NCBI RefSeq assembly: GCF_009834535.1
Contig: NC_045696.1
Coordinates: forward strand, 101,186,001-101,250,000
Reading direction: 5' to 3'
Length of the DNA: 64,000 nt
Origin: Camelus ferus
Lineage: Eukaryota
Part shown: piece after piece, positions 52,519 to 64,000 of the stretch
Numbering within the stretch: position 1 is the first letter of the stretch
How the letters are laid out: each line of letters starts with the position of its first letter
The notes under the pieces: model-generated
Database searches by the model: none
What the model saw: only the letters and a program-made list of their open reading frames with translations
Told to the model about the DNA's origin: nothing
Made by a program: the position numbers and the translations under genes

Positions 52519-53793
52519 TTTTATTATTATTTGTTTATTTATTTTAATGTTTTTACATTTTTTAAATTGAGTTATAGTCATTTTACAATGTTGTGTCAAA
52601 TTCCAGTGTAGAGCACTATTTTTCAGTTATACATGAACATAAATATACTCATTGCCAAATTTTTTTTTTGCTGTGAGCTACCATAAGATCCTGTACATAG
52701 TTCCCTGTGCTATACAGTATAATCTTGTTTATCTATTCTACATTTTGAAGTCCCAGTCTGTCCCTTCCCACCTCTCGCCCCCTTGGCAACCACAAGTTTG
52801 TATTCTATGTCTATGAGTCTATTTCTGTTTTGTATTTATGTTTGTTTGTTTGTTTGTTTTTTTCAGATTCCACCTATGAGCTATCTCATGGTATTTTTCT
52901 TTCTTTCTCTGACTTACTTCACTTAGAATGACATTCTCCAGGGACATCCATGTTGCTGCAAATGGTGTTATGTTGCCGGTTTTTGAGGCTCAATATTATT
53001 CCATTGTATCAATATACCACTTCTGCTTCATCCAGTCATCTGTTGATGGACATTTAGGCTGTCTCCATGTCTTGGCTATTGTAAATAGTGCTGCTATGAA
53101 CATTGGGGTGCAGGTGTCATCCTGAAGTAGGGTTCCTTCTGGATATATGCCCAGGAGTGGGATTCCTAGGTCATACGGTAAGTCTATTCCTAGTCTTTTG
53201 AGGAATCTCCATACTGTTTTCCACAGTGGCTGTACCAAACTGCATTCCCACCAGCAGTGTAGGAGGGTTCCCTTTTCTCCACAGCCTCTCCAGCATTTGT
53301 CACTTGTTGACTTTTGAATGATGGCCATTCTGACTGGTGTTTTAAAGGGGATTGTCTCTTTACTTTCTTTTTCTGTTGATTCATCGTTATAAAGAAATGC
53401 ATCTGATTTTTGAACGTTAATCTTATAACCTGCTACCTTGCTGAATTCTTCAATTATTTCTAATAGTTTTTGTGTGGACCTTTTAGGGTTTTCTATGTAT
53501 AGTAACATGCCATTGGCATATAGTGACACTTTTACCTCTTCTTTTCCAGTTTGGATCCCTTTTATTTCTCTCTCTTGCCTGATTGCTGTGGCTAGGACTT
53601 TCAAGACCATGTTGAATAGGAGTGGTGATAGTGGGCAGCCTTGTCTTATTCCAGTTTTAGTGGGAAGATTTTAAGTTTTTCACCGTTGAGTACTATGCTG
53701 GCTGTAGGTTTATCATATATAGTTTCTATTATGTTGAGATATGTTCCCTCTATATCCACTTTGGTGAGAGTTTTTATCATAAATGGGTGTTGA
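52519..53793 (-). mobile_element. Young 5'-truncated L1 with an internal in-frame ORF2 deletion, inserted in a MIR
   Basis: The 204-aa ORF 52996-53610 joins RT-region sequence ([14 protein letters not shown]...KETIPFK) to C-terminal sequence (TPVRMAII...[18 protein letters not shown]). Imperfect TSD tgaaatggtatt / tgaagtggatatt. Confidence 0.92.
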
Positions 53794-53940
53794 TGAAGTG
53801 GATATTAATATCCCTATTTTGCTGACAAAGAAATTGTGACTTAGGAGTGCTCAGTGACTTGCTACTTCAACTCAGCTAGCAAGTAGAAAATCAGGATGCA
53901 GCTCATGACTATTGGCTACAAATTTAGTGCAATTTCCGTA
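53794..53940 (-). mobile_element. MIR SINE (its other part lies at about 52440-52518)
   Basis: 'attaatatccctattttgctgacaaagaaattgtgacttagg...agtgacttgc...cagctagcaagtag'. Confidence 0.65.
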
Positions 53941-55259
53941 TGTAATAGCTGCCTAAGAGAATTCTTGCTTATCTCAATTATTCAGGTGTGGCTTTCTTTT
54001 TTCCAACATTTTTCAAGATTTAATTAAATGAGAGTAGATTTCTCATGTTTCCTATGTTGTTCATCAAATACTACAGGCAATTCACTTATTTATTATCATG
54101 TGCTACTCTATCCACTGTATGCAACAGACACTGTTAATTGTACAAGCACCATATACTTAGCTCAGCTCTTCCACAGCTCATCATTTGGTCAGAAATTTGT
54201 TCTTAAGTATATTCTACATACATACTGATAGAAAATAAGCATATTAGAAAGTATCTCCAATTTTATTTTTCATTTCAAATAGATGTATTCTTGGTTATTG
54301 CTGCTATTTGCAGGTAATAGATCATACATACTTGTATAATTCAAAGCTTATGCCATCCTTGTTGCAAATGAATTAGGATAGGAATAATTTAATCACAGTA
54401 TAAAATGTTTTTAAAATAATATTCTTAATCACATACAAAGACCAGAAAGATAAGAATAAATGTACACCACCGAATGAGTTTTTGACATCTAAAATGCTAA
54501 TGTGATTTTACAATGTAGAGAAACAGCTTTTAAGAGCATATTTAATCAGATTCTGGTTTCTATAAAATTTCTGAGGTTTATTTTTAGTAATTGGGATAAG
54601 GCCATGCAATATGTGTCATTTAAAATAACAATTCAAATACTTCTAATAAATATACTGGAAAATGTTCTTAGAAGAATTTGGAAAGTAGAATGTCACCTAA
54701 TATTTAAGTTATAAGCTTCATTACTTGTAGAGTTATGGATTTTTTATACAATTTAATTTCAAACATTCTTCCCACAAAGAATATAATCTTCTATTTTTAT
54801 CCATAAGCAAGCTTTACTATAATAAGAATGAATAAGACTATTTCTCCTAAGGAAAAAGTGCATTTGGGGGACAAGAAAGTTTTACTTTATCAAATTAAAG
54901 GAATTTGCATAGAGAGTTATTTTATTAAATTTTAGTAATGGACTTGGGATAGTTAAGAAGGGAATCTGTATTTATCAAGAGTCTTCTATCAACCAATAAA
55001 TGTTCTGAGCACTTCAAATACAACATCTGATTGGCAGACTCTGTTTCTGGTTTTTTATCAGCTTTAGGGATACATGAAAATGAACTTCAGTATTAACAAG
55101 TAAATGAACTTCCTAGGTATGTTACTAGGTATACTACAGAAGTAATACTTAGTGATGATTTTTCGTTTACTATCCACACCTATCCAAACACACACACATG
55201 CACACATACACATATACACACACTATTAGTTATTTCTTTTAGCTTTACAGTTATACATA

Positions 55260-55480
55260 ATTTAGGGAACTGCTTTGGCACTATCAGCACTATCTCACTG
55301 AATACTGAACAACATCCCTAAGAGGTATGAATTTTAATCCCAATTTACAGATGAGGAAATTGAGGTTCAAATATACTAAATGATCTTTCCATGGTCATTC
55401 AGTAAGTAAATTTACAGTGAAAAGTTGAACTCACTGTTTCACAGAATATGCCCTTGAAAACACTATAATACATTGCCTCC
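55260..55480 (-). mobile_element. MIR SINE
   Basis: Core 'aatcccaatttacagatgaggaaattgaggttca'. Confidence 0.8.
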
Positions 55481-56329
55481 CAACAGATCTTAACAGGTTC
55501 TAGCGGTAAACTCTGTGGAAAGATCAGCTGCCTTCCCCATAATGGTGAGGAATGCAGTCCTAAGTCCACAGTATATTTAGCTCAGCTTTCCTTATCTCTC
55601 TCAAAGCTGCATTGCAAAGCTCTCTATTTCTACTCTGCCAATTTTTTATACATCCATAATCCTTTTTTTCCCTAATTATCACCAATTTTCTAAATAGGAT
55701 AACACAGTTTCATAAATTTAAATATGCCAAGAAATACTCAGCAACAGGGACTTAAAATCTGGGAACTATGCTAGAAACTATATATTTCTTCATTTATATA
55801 ATACTTCAGGCTCTGATTTAAATGCTAGTGTTCATCCAGGAACAAAAGTAAATTTCTATTTGACTTCCATTATTAACTTCAGTGTATAATTATCACCTTG
55901 GTTGCGAAGTATATGTCTTCTTATATATTTTGTATTCAATACCATTGTAGAAAAATAAAACAAGAAAACGTATATATTAATTTTTTCACACAGCACACTA
56001 TATACATTTACTATTTATCTTAAAATGGATTCAATCAATTTAAGGGCAATTTTCTCCTTTTCTTGAGTAGATTCAATGGTAAACAATAGAGAAACATACT
56101 CAGATCAGAATGACATAATATCTGTGGTGGTTTGGTTGAAGGCATTGAAAAGTGTATTTTACATTGTGCAGATTGTTCCAAAGCCATAGGAGGTTCCATG
56201 ACTGCTTGGGAAATAATATAATTCACAGAAATTACTGCAAAATAAGATTTTGCAAAAGTCCTAAGGTCAATAAGTATTAGAGGTAAGTAGAAATATGTCT
56301 TGGATCATTTTTTAAGTGTTTCAAAGGAT

Positions 56330-56874
56330 TATGGCACACAGACTCTGAGATGACTGCCATTTATCCCTGCCTCCTAGTACTCATCTCTTTGTGCAATTCC
56401 CTCCTGTTCTGTGTAGATGGGACCTGTGACTCACTTCTAATCAACAGAATACAGCAAAGATGACAGGATGTCACATCAGTGATAATGCAACATAAGATTT
56501 CAACATCTATCTTGCTAGAGATATGCTCTCTTGCTGGTTATGATAAAGTAAGTGGCCATGTTGGGGAGGTCCACATGGTAAGGTAGTAAGGGTGGCCTTG
56601 GGTCAATAACCAACCATAAAGTGAGGTCAGCCTCTGGCTGATAGCCAACAAAGAGCTGAGGCGTCACTCAGCTTGGAAGCATTCCCTCCTCAGAGATTAG
56701 ACTGCAGCGAAGGCAAGTGCCTTGATTGCAGCTTTCAAATGAGATATTGAAGCAGAGAACCCACCAAAGCCACACCCAGCTCCTGACCTACAGAAACTGA
56801 GAGATAATAAACGTATGTTGCATTAATCCACCAGTTTGTGGTAATTTGTTACACAGTAATGGATGATTAAAACA
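56330..56874 (+). mobile_element. MaLR solo LTR (MLT1F/G-like)
   Basis: 'gacctgtgactcacttctaatcaacagaatacagcaaagatgacaggatgtcac' and 3' 'cctgacctacagaaactgagagataataaa'. 5-bp TSD aggat/aggag. Confidence 0.85.
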
Positions 56875-57074
56875 AGGAGTGAGTATTTAGTGAAAGAAAA
56901 ACATTGACTTTGTTGGGATCTCCTAACAGACCTGCCATTGTAGACAATAGGTGTATCTTCTCTCCTCTACTTTAGGATTTACAGTTGAGAAACTCATGAA
57001 CACTCCGTAGACAATGGACAGTGTCAATCTGGTTTCTGAGTACATTTGGGATAGTTGGGATAAATATCAATATA

Positions 57075-57483
57075 TTGTATTTGGGATTAGGTTTGGCTGT
57101 ATATATAAAAGATACCAAATACACTGGTTCAAACACAAATAACTGTATTCTCTTACAAAAATAAATGCAGATATAGACAGTTCAGGGCTGGTCTGTGGGC
57201 ACCACTTTAAACATCCCCTCATGAACAAAGATGACTGCTTAAGCTCAAGGAAGCAAGTGGTAGAAACAAAGGGAAAGGGACAATTACCAGAAGTCATAGA
57301 CAATACTTTTCCTTACATTTAATATGACAAAATTTAGTTATATAGCTACACCTAGGTTCCAGGAAGCTACAGAAATCTAGTCTCTTAACAGTACTCATTG
57401 TCATCCCAAATAATATCAGTTTTATTACTAAAGAGGAAAAAAAGGTTGGAATTCTGAGGGTCAAATTAGCAATCCATACCACA
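57075..57483 (-). mobile_element. MaLR LTR (older MLT1 subfamily)
   Basis: 'gggattaggtttggctgtat', 'atagctacacctaggttccaggaagctacagaaatctagtct', ending 'ccaca'. Confidence 0.65.
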
Positions 57484-58364
57484 TAATTAAATTTCTAAAA
57501 TTATTAAATCTTGTAGAATGCTTTAGGTATAAAATTAGGTGGCACAGATAAACAAGTGTTCCTGAATTATATTTATAGTTATACAACCATAGCATGAGTT
57601 AACAATAAAGCAAGATAAGTAGTAAGTGACACCATTTAATTTACAATTGAGTTATAATAATTTATAACTGTACTCAAACCTTTGCTTTTAAGTTGTCAGA
57701 TATGCAAAAACACTATCCTTTATGCCAAACAGATTCAATACCAACCAATCAAGATTTATAGATAGGCTGTAAATAATGTGGTATGAGAAAAGTTGGATTA
57801 TCCTTTCAAAACATAAGGATGGCTCTAATGTGTCACGTTTTAAATAAATCATCATTAATAATTAAGTCTATTTCTTCGCCACTCTTCCTACTTTTGAACT
57901 AATCAACTTTGGATTATCTATGTACATTCAACTCAAGTAAGACATCAACCAAAAAACAGGGAAAAAAAACAAGACAAAAGTAGCTAATACAGGTACAATT
58001 AGAGATGACTGCTTTTTCAGGAGACCAATCAAATTTAAATCATCAAATAAATGATTGGCCTGTCCTCAATATTATATTGATCTCTGAAAGTTTTTCTATT
58101 ATGTTCTCTTACTGTTTTATTTGTTAATAGTCTTACAAATATACATCTTTTTATATATAGCAATTCTATTTCTAGGCACTTATTTTGGGGGTAAAAAGTA
58201 TGATATTTTCATTGCTACAGCAAGGATGATAGTATAAAAATATCAACAAGGCAGCTGTTAAACTGTAAGGAATAAATAAATATTTTATGGTTTTAAACAC
58301 AAAATAAACACTATTCAGACTTTTTTAAGGTAGAAAAATAACCAAATTATGTTCATAATGTATC

Positions 58365-58765
58365 ATTAGTTCAACAAATATTTATCAAGTGATTCTTTAT
58401 GGATTATCTTCAGGAAAATCTCCCATCATTGAACTTAAAACGTTCAGTGTTAAGGGGCCATTAATGTGTGATCACTTTACTAACGTGTGTCACTATCATG
58501 AACTATGAATAAAATACTTACTGAGGGAGAGTCAGTAGTAAAGGCAATAATCTCTGCTTATTTATCTATCTCTAATGATAAATTTTAATACATCCAAAAA
58601 TGAAAAATATTGACTACAGTATGAATGAACCTAACAGAGTAACCTGATTTATTTTGAGGCTAAGTAACATAGCATAGAAGCAACAGAAATTTGACAGGTG
58701 AAGTTTAAAAGGAAGAATATTCTAGGCTGAGGAAACGCCACATGGTAAGGTCTAGCCATGGAAGT
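58365..58765 (-). mobile_element. L2 fragment
   Basis: Starts 'gttcaacaaatatttatcaagtg' and includes 'gaagaatattctaggctgaggaaac'. Confidence 0.6.
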
Positions 58766-59209
58766 CTTGGTTACCACCAAGTCTGTGCTCTTTGATCCCC
58801 GTTTTATAAAACTATGTTGATAAAGGATAGTACTATTCTAAGTGATAGTTTTATAAGCTTTTCATTTGTTTTAAATTTTGTCTTCAGTTTACCTCTGTGG
58901 GTATTTGGGATGTGTTTCATTGAATCTAGATTGCTTATGTAATGAGAAAAGGCACTTTTGTGGGGTTGGGGTAAGAAAAACTATTCAATCTTAACACAGA
59001 GTAGCTGTAGACCCTATGTGCCCCCACAGTGTCATGCTTCCCTCTGGAATAGCATTTATCAAACTGTGTTACAATGATCATCATGTTCGCCTGGTACCAC
59101 TAGAAGACTGGGAGGTCTGTGAGGACAGGAACCATTCATCCACCGCTGGGCCTGCCACGCTCCTGGTAACTGGCACAGTCATTGCCTGTACTTGTCCCTG
59201 ATAAATGCT

Positions 59210-59460
59210 TGTCCCTGGGGTCAAATTGTAGTCAGGTTTGAACCCCATGCTCACGGCTTATTAGTTGGGTGTCTTAGGACAAATCATACAAACTACACAA
59301 AGACTAATTTCCTTTTTTGTAAAATGGGGATAATGTTAAACCTACAATGTAGGTTTGCTGTGAGTATAAATGAGATGAAGCACCCACAGTGCTTAGCAGA
59401 ATGACCAACATCTGTTAGTCAATAAATATTTTCAACCATCTTAATAACTGTCATCATCAT
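59210..59460 (+). mobile_element. MIR SINE, preceded by an L2 3' fragment at about 59015-59210
   Basis: 'tttccttttttgtaaaatggggataat...gtgagtataaatgagatgaag...agtgcttagcagaatg'. Confidence 0.75.
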
Positions 59461-60479
59461 CAATCTACAGTGTGAAAATTTCCATCAACAGCCTCTAAAA
59501 GGGCATGCAGCACTACTAGTGATGTTACTGCTATTCCTACTGCTAAGCCACCAAGGGTTTATGGTCATCATTCTCCTATTAGATTTTTACATTTGTCTTC
59601 TAAGATGAGCACATATTCTCCATAAAGGAATTTCAAAGAAAGTATATATTATAGGCATCCTAGATTCTTTTTATAGTATAGAGAAGATTTAGGAAAGAAA
59701 GACATTAAAAGAAGAAAATGAGTGATATGTTGGGAAAAAAAAACATATTCTATGTACCAAATCCTGTATTAACTGTCTTAGGCTGCATTTTTTTTAATGA
59801 TAAGCCCTGTACATCTTAAATTTGGAAGAGTTACAAAAAAACCCAAAAAACTACTAAATATATAAAGAAGAAAATTCAAATTATCTGTGTTTGTACCATC
59901 ATATTTCCAGCAATATTCTAGTACACGCCCTTTCAATCTTTTGCTGTATAAAAGTGTATAACATAATTGAGAGATAGAAAGGAGAAATCTGGTGGCAATT
60001 TTATGGAGCCACAACTTCTGACCAGACTCCTCATCCATAAAAAGGAAAATTAGGGATGATACTTAACACAAAAATTAATTATTAATTAATATTTAAAGAA
60101 CTGAAACCTCAAAATAAAACAAAACAGCACAGTGTGAATGGATAATTAACAACAAACTTCGGTGGAAAAAATATTAAAAATCATGCCTAATTATAAAAAA
60201 TATTACAAATCATGCCATTTCACTAATTATAAACAAGCAAAACATGTTATATATTTGGCTATTAAGTAATAAAGATACACTTTAATGAAAGGATTCTGAG
60301 TCATCAAGGGCTCACTAATAATGGTGATTAATAAGTAAACAGTATACATTTGTTGAGTAAATGAATGAGCAAATGACAGACATGCAAACTGGCAATGATT
60401 TCTGAGGGAAAATTTGGCAGTATGTGCCAAGACCTTATATATCTTTCAGAGCCTTGGACCTAGTAATTCACTATTTTAT

Positions 60480-60680
60480 ACACATTTTAATTTAAAGACT
60501 TTATACATACAATTAATTATGTATAAATACACACATAATGTATGTATATTTAACTATATATAATATGCAATACTTTTTTTGGAATTACATACATATAATT
60601 TATGTATGTAATTTATATAATTTATATAATAATATAATAATTTATATAATACGTGTTATATGATACTTGCTATAAAATAA
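60480..60680. repeat. AT-rich low-complexity tract
   Basis: Imperfect tataat/tatgta repeats. Confidence 0.75.
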
Positions 60681-61079
60681 TTTGTAAAATTGCACAAGGT
60701 TACAAGTCAATGAATTATCGGTGAACACATTTGTGTAACCACTGCCTAAATGAAGAAATAAAGCATTACATATCTCCCAGAATCCCCTTTCATGCCCTTT
60801 CCAATCACTACCTTCTTTCTTGCCTCAAATTTAAATGCCATCTTGACTTCTAAAACTAAAAATGTTTACCTCAGATGGTCAATAGAACTGAAAATTAAAT
60901 CTAGTTTTGTCTGATGCTAAAATTCATATTTTTTTTCCATTATGTCACCTACTTTCTGCTATGTAATTGTAAAACTGTATTCCTACAGAACATGTAAAAC
61001 ATGTTGGACATTGTAAAATGGATATTTGGTACCCAGACTTGGACTTCTCATATTGTTAGTGAATGATTACATGGATGAA

Positions 61080-61720
61080 AAATTCAATACATACTATTGA
61101 TCATCTCCTGATATTAGTACAGATGTGGTGGATACAGAGGAGAAAAAGAAAAGCAGGGCATTGCCTTTGAAAACTTGTATTTTACTGAGCATAGGAAGAA
61201 AATACATACAGAATAAATAAATAAAAAAAGTAAGCTCAATGTCTGCTGAATGCTACAAGGAAATTAAATACAATTATGTGATGGGAAGCAACGAGGAGAA
61301 GGAGTGGCTGGAGGATGGGTAGAGAGGCTAAACATAAAAAGGAGCCCAGCCATGTGCCAAGCCTGATGAGTCAGATTTATGGAAGCGCAAAGGTGCTAAG
61401 CCAAGCAAAGCCTCTACGTCTACTTAGAGAAAGTAGAGTAGGTAGCTGAGCCCAGTAAGCAAACGGGAGAAGCTATAAAATGCACCCCAGAGATAGGCAG
61501 GAATTGGCTGTGCAAAGACTTAGCAGACACGGGGCGGGGGTGGGGGGTGTCTGGGTTTAATTTTTTGGTTTTATTTATCACTGTCTGAACTAGTATTCGT
61601 CTTTAGGAGATCACTCTTACTTCTGTGTGGAGACCGAGCTATTGCAGAAAGCGAATGGAACTCAGAAGCCCAGTGAGGAGGAAAAAGGTCAAATGACTTT
61701 AGGTATGTTTTAGGTGAGTT
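61080..61720 (-). mobile_element. L2 fragment
   Basis: 'gatgtggtggatacagaggagaaaaag', 'aaggagcccagccatgtg' and 'ggagatcactcttacttctgtgtggaga'. Confidence 0.65.
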
Positions 61721-62379
61721 TCAAAGATTTCCTTGATACAGAAACAGCCATCTTTGTCTACACTATAGGTCACAGCCTCTAACAGAGACCCTGTGTGATA
61801 TTATTTCAGGCGAGCCAGGGGAGGAATCATTCAGTCCTTTCCTATGTTATCACATCCAGTTCCATCACTGGCTGTCCATAATCAGTACCGAGACATTGCT
61901 TCTCAGGATTCTTCTCAAATGAAACAACTTCTGTCAGTTTTATCTCCCAGTATCTCCTCTCTGATCTCACTCATTGCTATAGGCCGGTCATTACTTCCAT
62001 ACTGATGACTCAATGTACTGCTTTAGGTTAAGTCTCACACACATTGCCCATTCTATAGACCCAGCTGCCTAAGGGGCCTAGATATAAAATTTTACTAAAA
62101 CTCAACAAGAATTATGCTGAACTCATTGTATTTCCCCAAACTCAAGAGCATCTACCTTATCTTGGCGTATCACCATTCTTTTCAGAACCTAAGTTAGACA
62201 TAGAACTATCCTTGTTTTGTGAGTAGTTCAAAGTGATTCTTCTCCATTTTTTAAGAAATGTACGTAACTCCTGTCTTGCAGAAGAGCCTTCTCTTTCCAC
62301 ATGTCAACCATGGGGTTCCAATTACAGGCCCCTGTTCTCTCTATGAAAGCTAGGGGTGGAGTGGGGAGGTATAAGGTTA

Positions 62380-62665
62380 GTGCTACTTAGGTGGCAGCCA
62401 ACTGAGGTGGTACCTCAGGGCGGTGTATAGTATCCTATTACTTTCTACAACTTTATCAGTAATTTATAGGAAAATAAGGAAATGAGGTTATCATTTAGTT
62501 ACTAGGTGGCACATAAACTAAGAGGGAGAGTCCATTGAGTAAATGACAGGAGATACTGACCATGACAAGAGTCAGGATTCAGACCAAAAAAATGATACAT
62601 AATCTGAAAAAATGTAATTTCAAGATGCAGATTTAAAGGATCTATTGAATAAATATAGGACAAAT
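62380..62665 (+). mobile_element. CR1/L3 LINE fragment
   Basis: Degenerate CR1 RT motifs 'ggtacctcagggc', 'ggtggcacataaacta' and 'gacaagagtcaggattcag'. Confidence 0.45.
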
Positions 62666-64000
62666 GATCTAGCTTAACAAATAAATCTGGAATGTTACTT
62701 GTTCACTTCTCAAAATGCTAATATATACATATTCATATGTAGAACGTTCATACCAAGAGTGATAGTGGTCCCATTAAGTTATGAATTAATCAGTTCCCTC
62801 TGGAAGATCACATTCAAGTGTAGCATTGTCCTTTCAAAGAATGCCTTACAAATAAATGGAATCCAAAAGAAGACAATCTAAATGCTCAGAGATTTAGAAA
62901 GTGGCTATCAAAGAGACTGGTCAAGATAATCAGGCATGCTTATTCTGGAACTTAAAGATAATATAGGGAAGGCCTGTCAGATTTTTTTGTTTTTAGTATT
63001 TTTTAAGAATAACTGCATCTACCTACAGGGCAAGAACAGGGGTGACTACAATAGAATGGACCGTTTTTCCTCATTGTCAGGCAGATAATTTTAATATTTA
63101 AACTTGTGTGAATATGAAATGGGCTGCTTAACAGTAAGTCTGAGGCTGATCACTGCATGTCTAAGTGCTATGGATTTGGTTCTTCATGTGGTCTTTATTT
63201 CTAAGCTCTCTATCATTTCTTCGGGTTTTCTAAAGTATGAGCAAGAGCCATTGTAATCATCCCCATCAGTCCACTTCTCGTTGATGCATAGCTAGAACGC
63301 CATTATTCTGAGAGTGTAATTAGCTCAACTATTCTGGTAGCTTCACTTTCCCTTGGAAATGTTTCCTTGTGGGTGGGAGCATTTATAGATGACAGAGTGA
63401 AGTTATCTGTGTTTGTGCTTAACAGAGGTGATCTCGATATCTACAAAATCGTCACTGAACTGCATACAGGCGTCAAAGGGCTACAGATAAAGTACTAATC
63501 CCCAGCTACTTGCCTCCTCCTTCCTTTCTCAGTGGACAGGGTTCCAAGGACAAAGTGAAGCTCTGCTTCTAAATATATTTTCACTCATCTATTCAACAAG
63601 CATGCTAATATCTGCCAGGCACAGCCAAAATATAAAAAGCAGCACATTCTGTACCACATTTCCTTGGTCTTTAGAGTAAGGGCGTATTTTTAAATTTTGG
63701 GGTCTTTTACTTTTCAGTTTGCACGTTCTTTAAGGGTTCTTCATGTGATGCAAAATGTCACCAGTGTTGATAAGGCCAGCTACTGCTTGCAAAATTCCTT
63801 CTTCCTTTGTGCTAAAGAACAACAGCATAGAAGGTTATCTCATCTAAACCATTTAATGGATAGTAAGGTTATAAAAGCAATATAATTTTAATAGATTTTA
63901 AATATTTATATGGTACAGAGATTTTTTTTAAAGCTATTCATAGTATCTCTAGCTACATGGCATTTTATAAGTATCTAGAGACTGAATCTATAATTTAAGA

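Noticed and set aside
60166..60217. Short imperfect tandem duplication (aaaaaatatta[a/c]aaatcatgcc x2) and similar micro-duplications, e.g. 2931-2957
   Set aside because: Common replication-slippage products in AT-rich DNA.
1..64000. Inferring a host-gene strand from L1/LTR orientation bias
   Set aside because: Young L1s and LTRs occur on both strands in similar numbers, so there is no usable bias.

Overview
AT-rich, CpG-depleted mammalian (eutherian) genomic DNA, consistent with a gene desert or a very large intron. I could not recognise any intact host protein-coding gene, RNA gene or CpG island. All ORF-track entries with recognisable homology are decayed LINE-1 ORF2 pieces. A large part of the window is interspersed repeat: ancient L2, MIR, CR1/L3, MLT1 (MaLR) LTRs and hAT MITEs, three ERV1-type solo LTRs, and several younger L1 copies. 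The L1 3' tails look cetartiodactyl, and no Alu, B1, Bov-tA, PRE1 or SINEC SINEs were seen, which tentatively suggests a camelid. The best-supported unusual structures are: a TSD-flanked L1 whose 5'UTR is joined directly to mid-ORF2 (48150-51646); a second L1 with an in-frame ~1 kb ORF2 deletion (52519-53793); a nested L1/L1/LTR insertion stack (27530-29643); and a 65-bp tandem duplication over a splice-acceptor-like site (39494-39623). More speculatively, there is a series of well-formed but unassigned exon-like segments on both strands. Repeat family names come from recalled consensus similarity, not a database search, and boundaries of old repeats are approximate. I found no convincing novel biological system.
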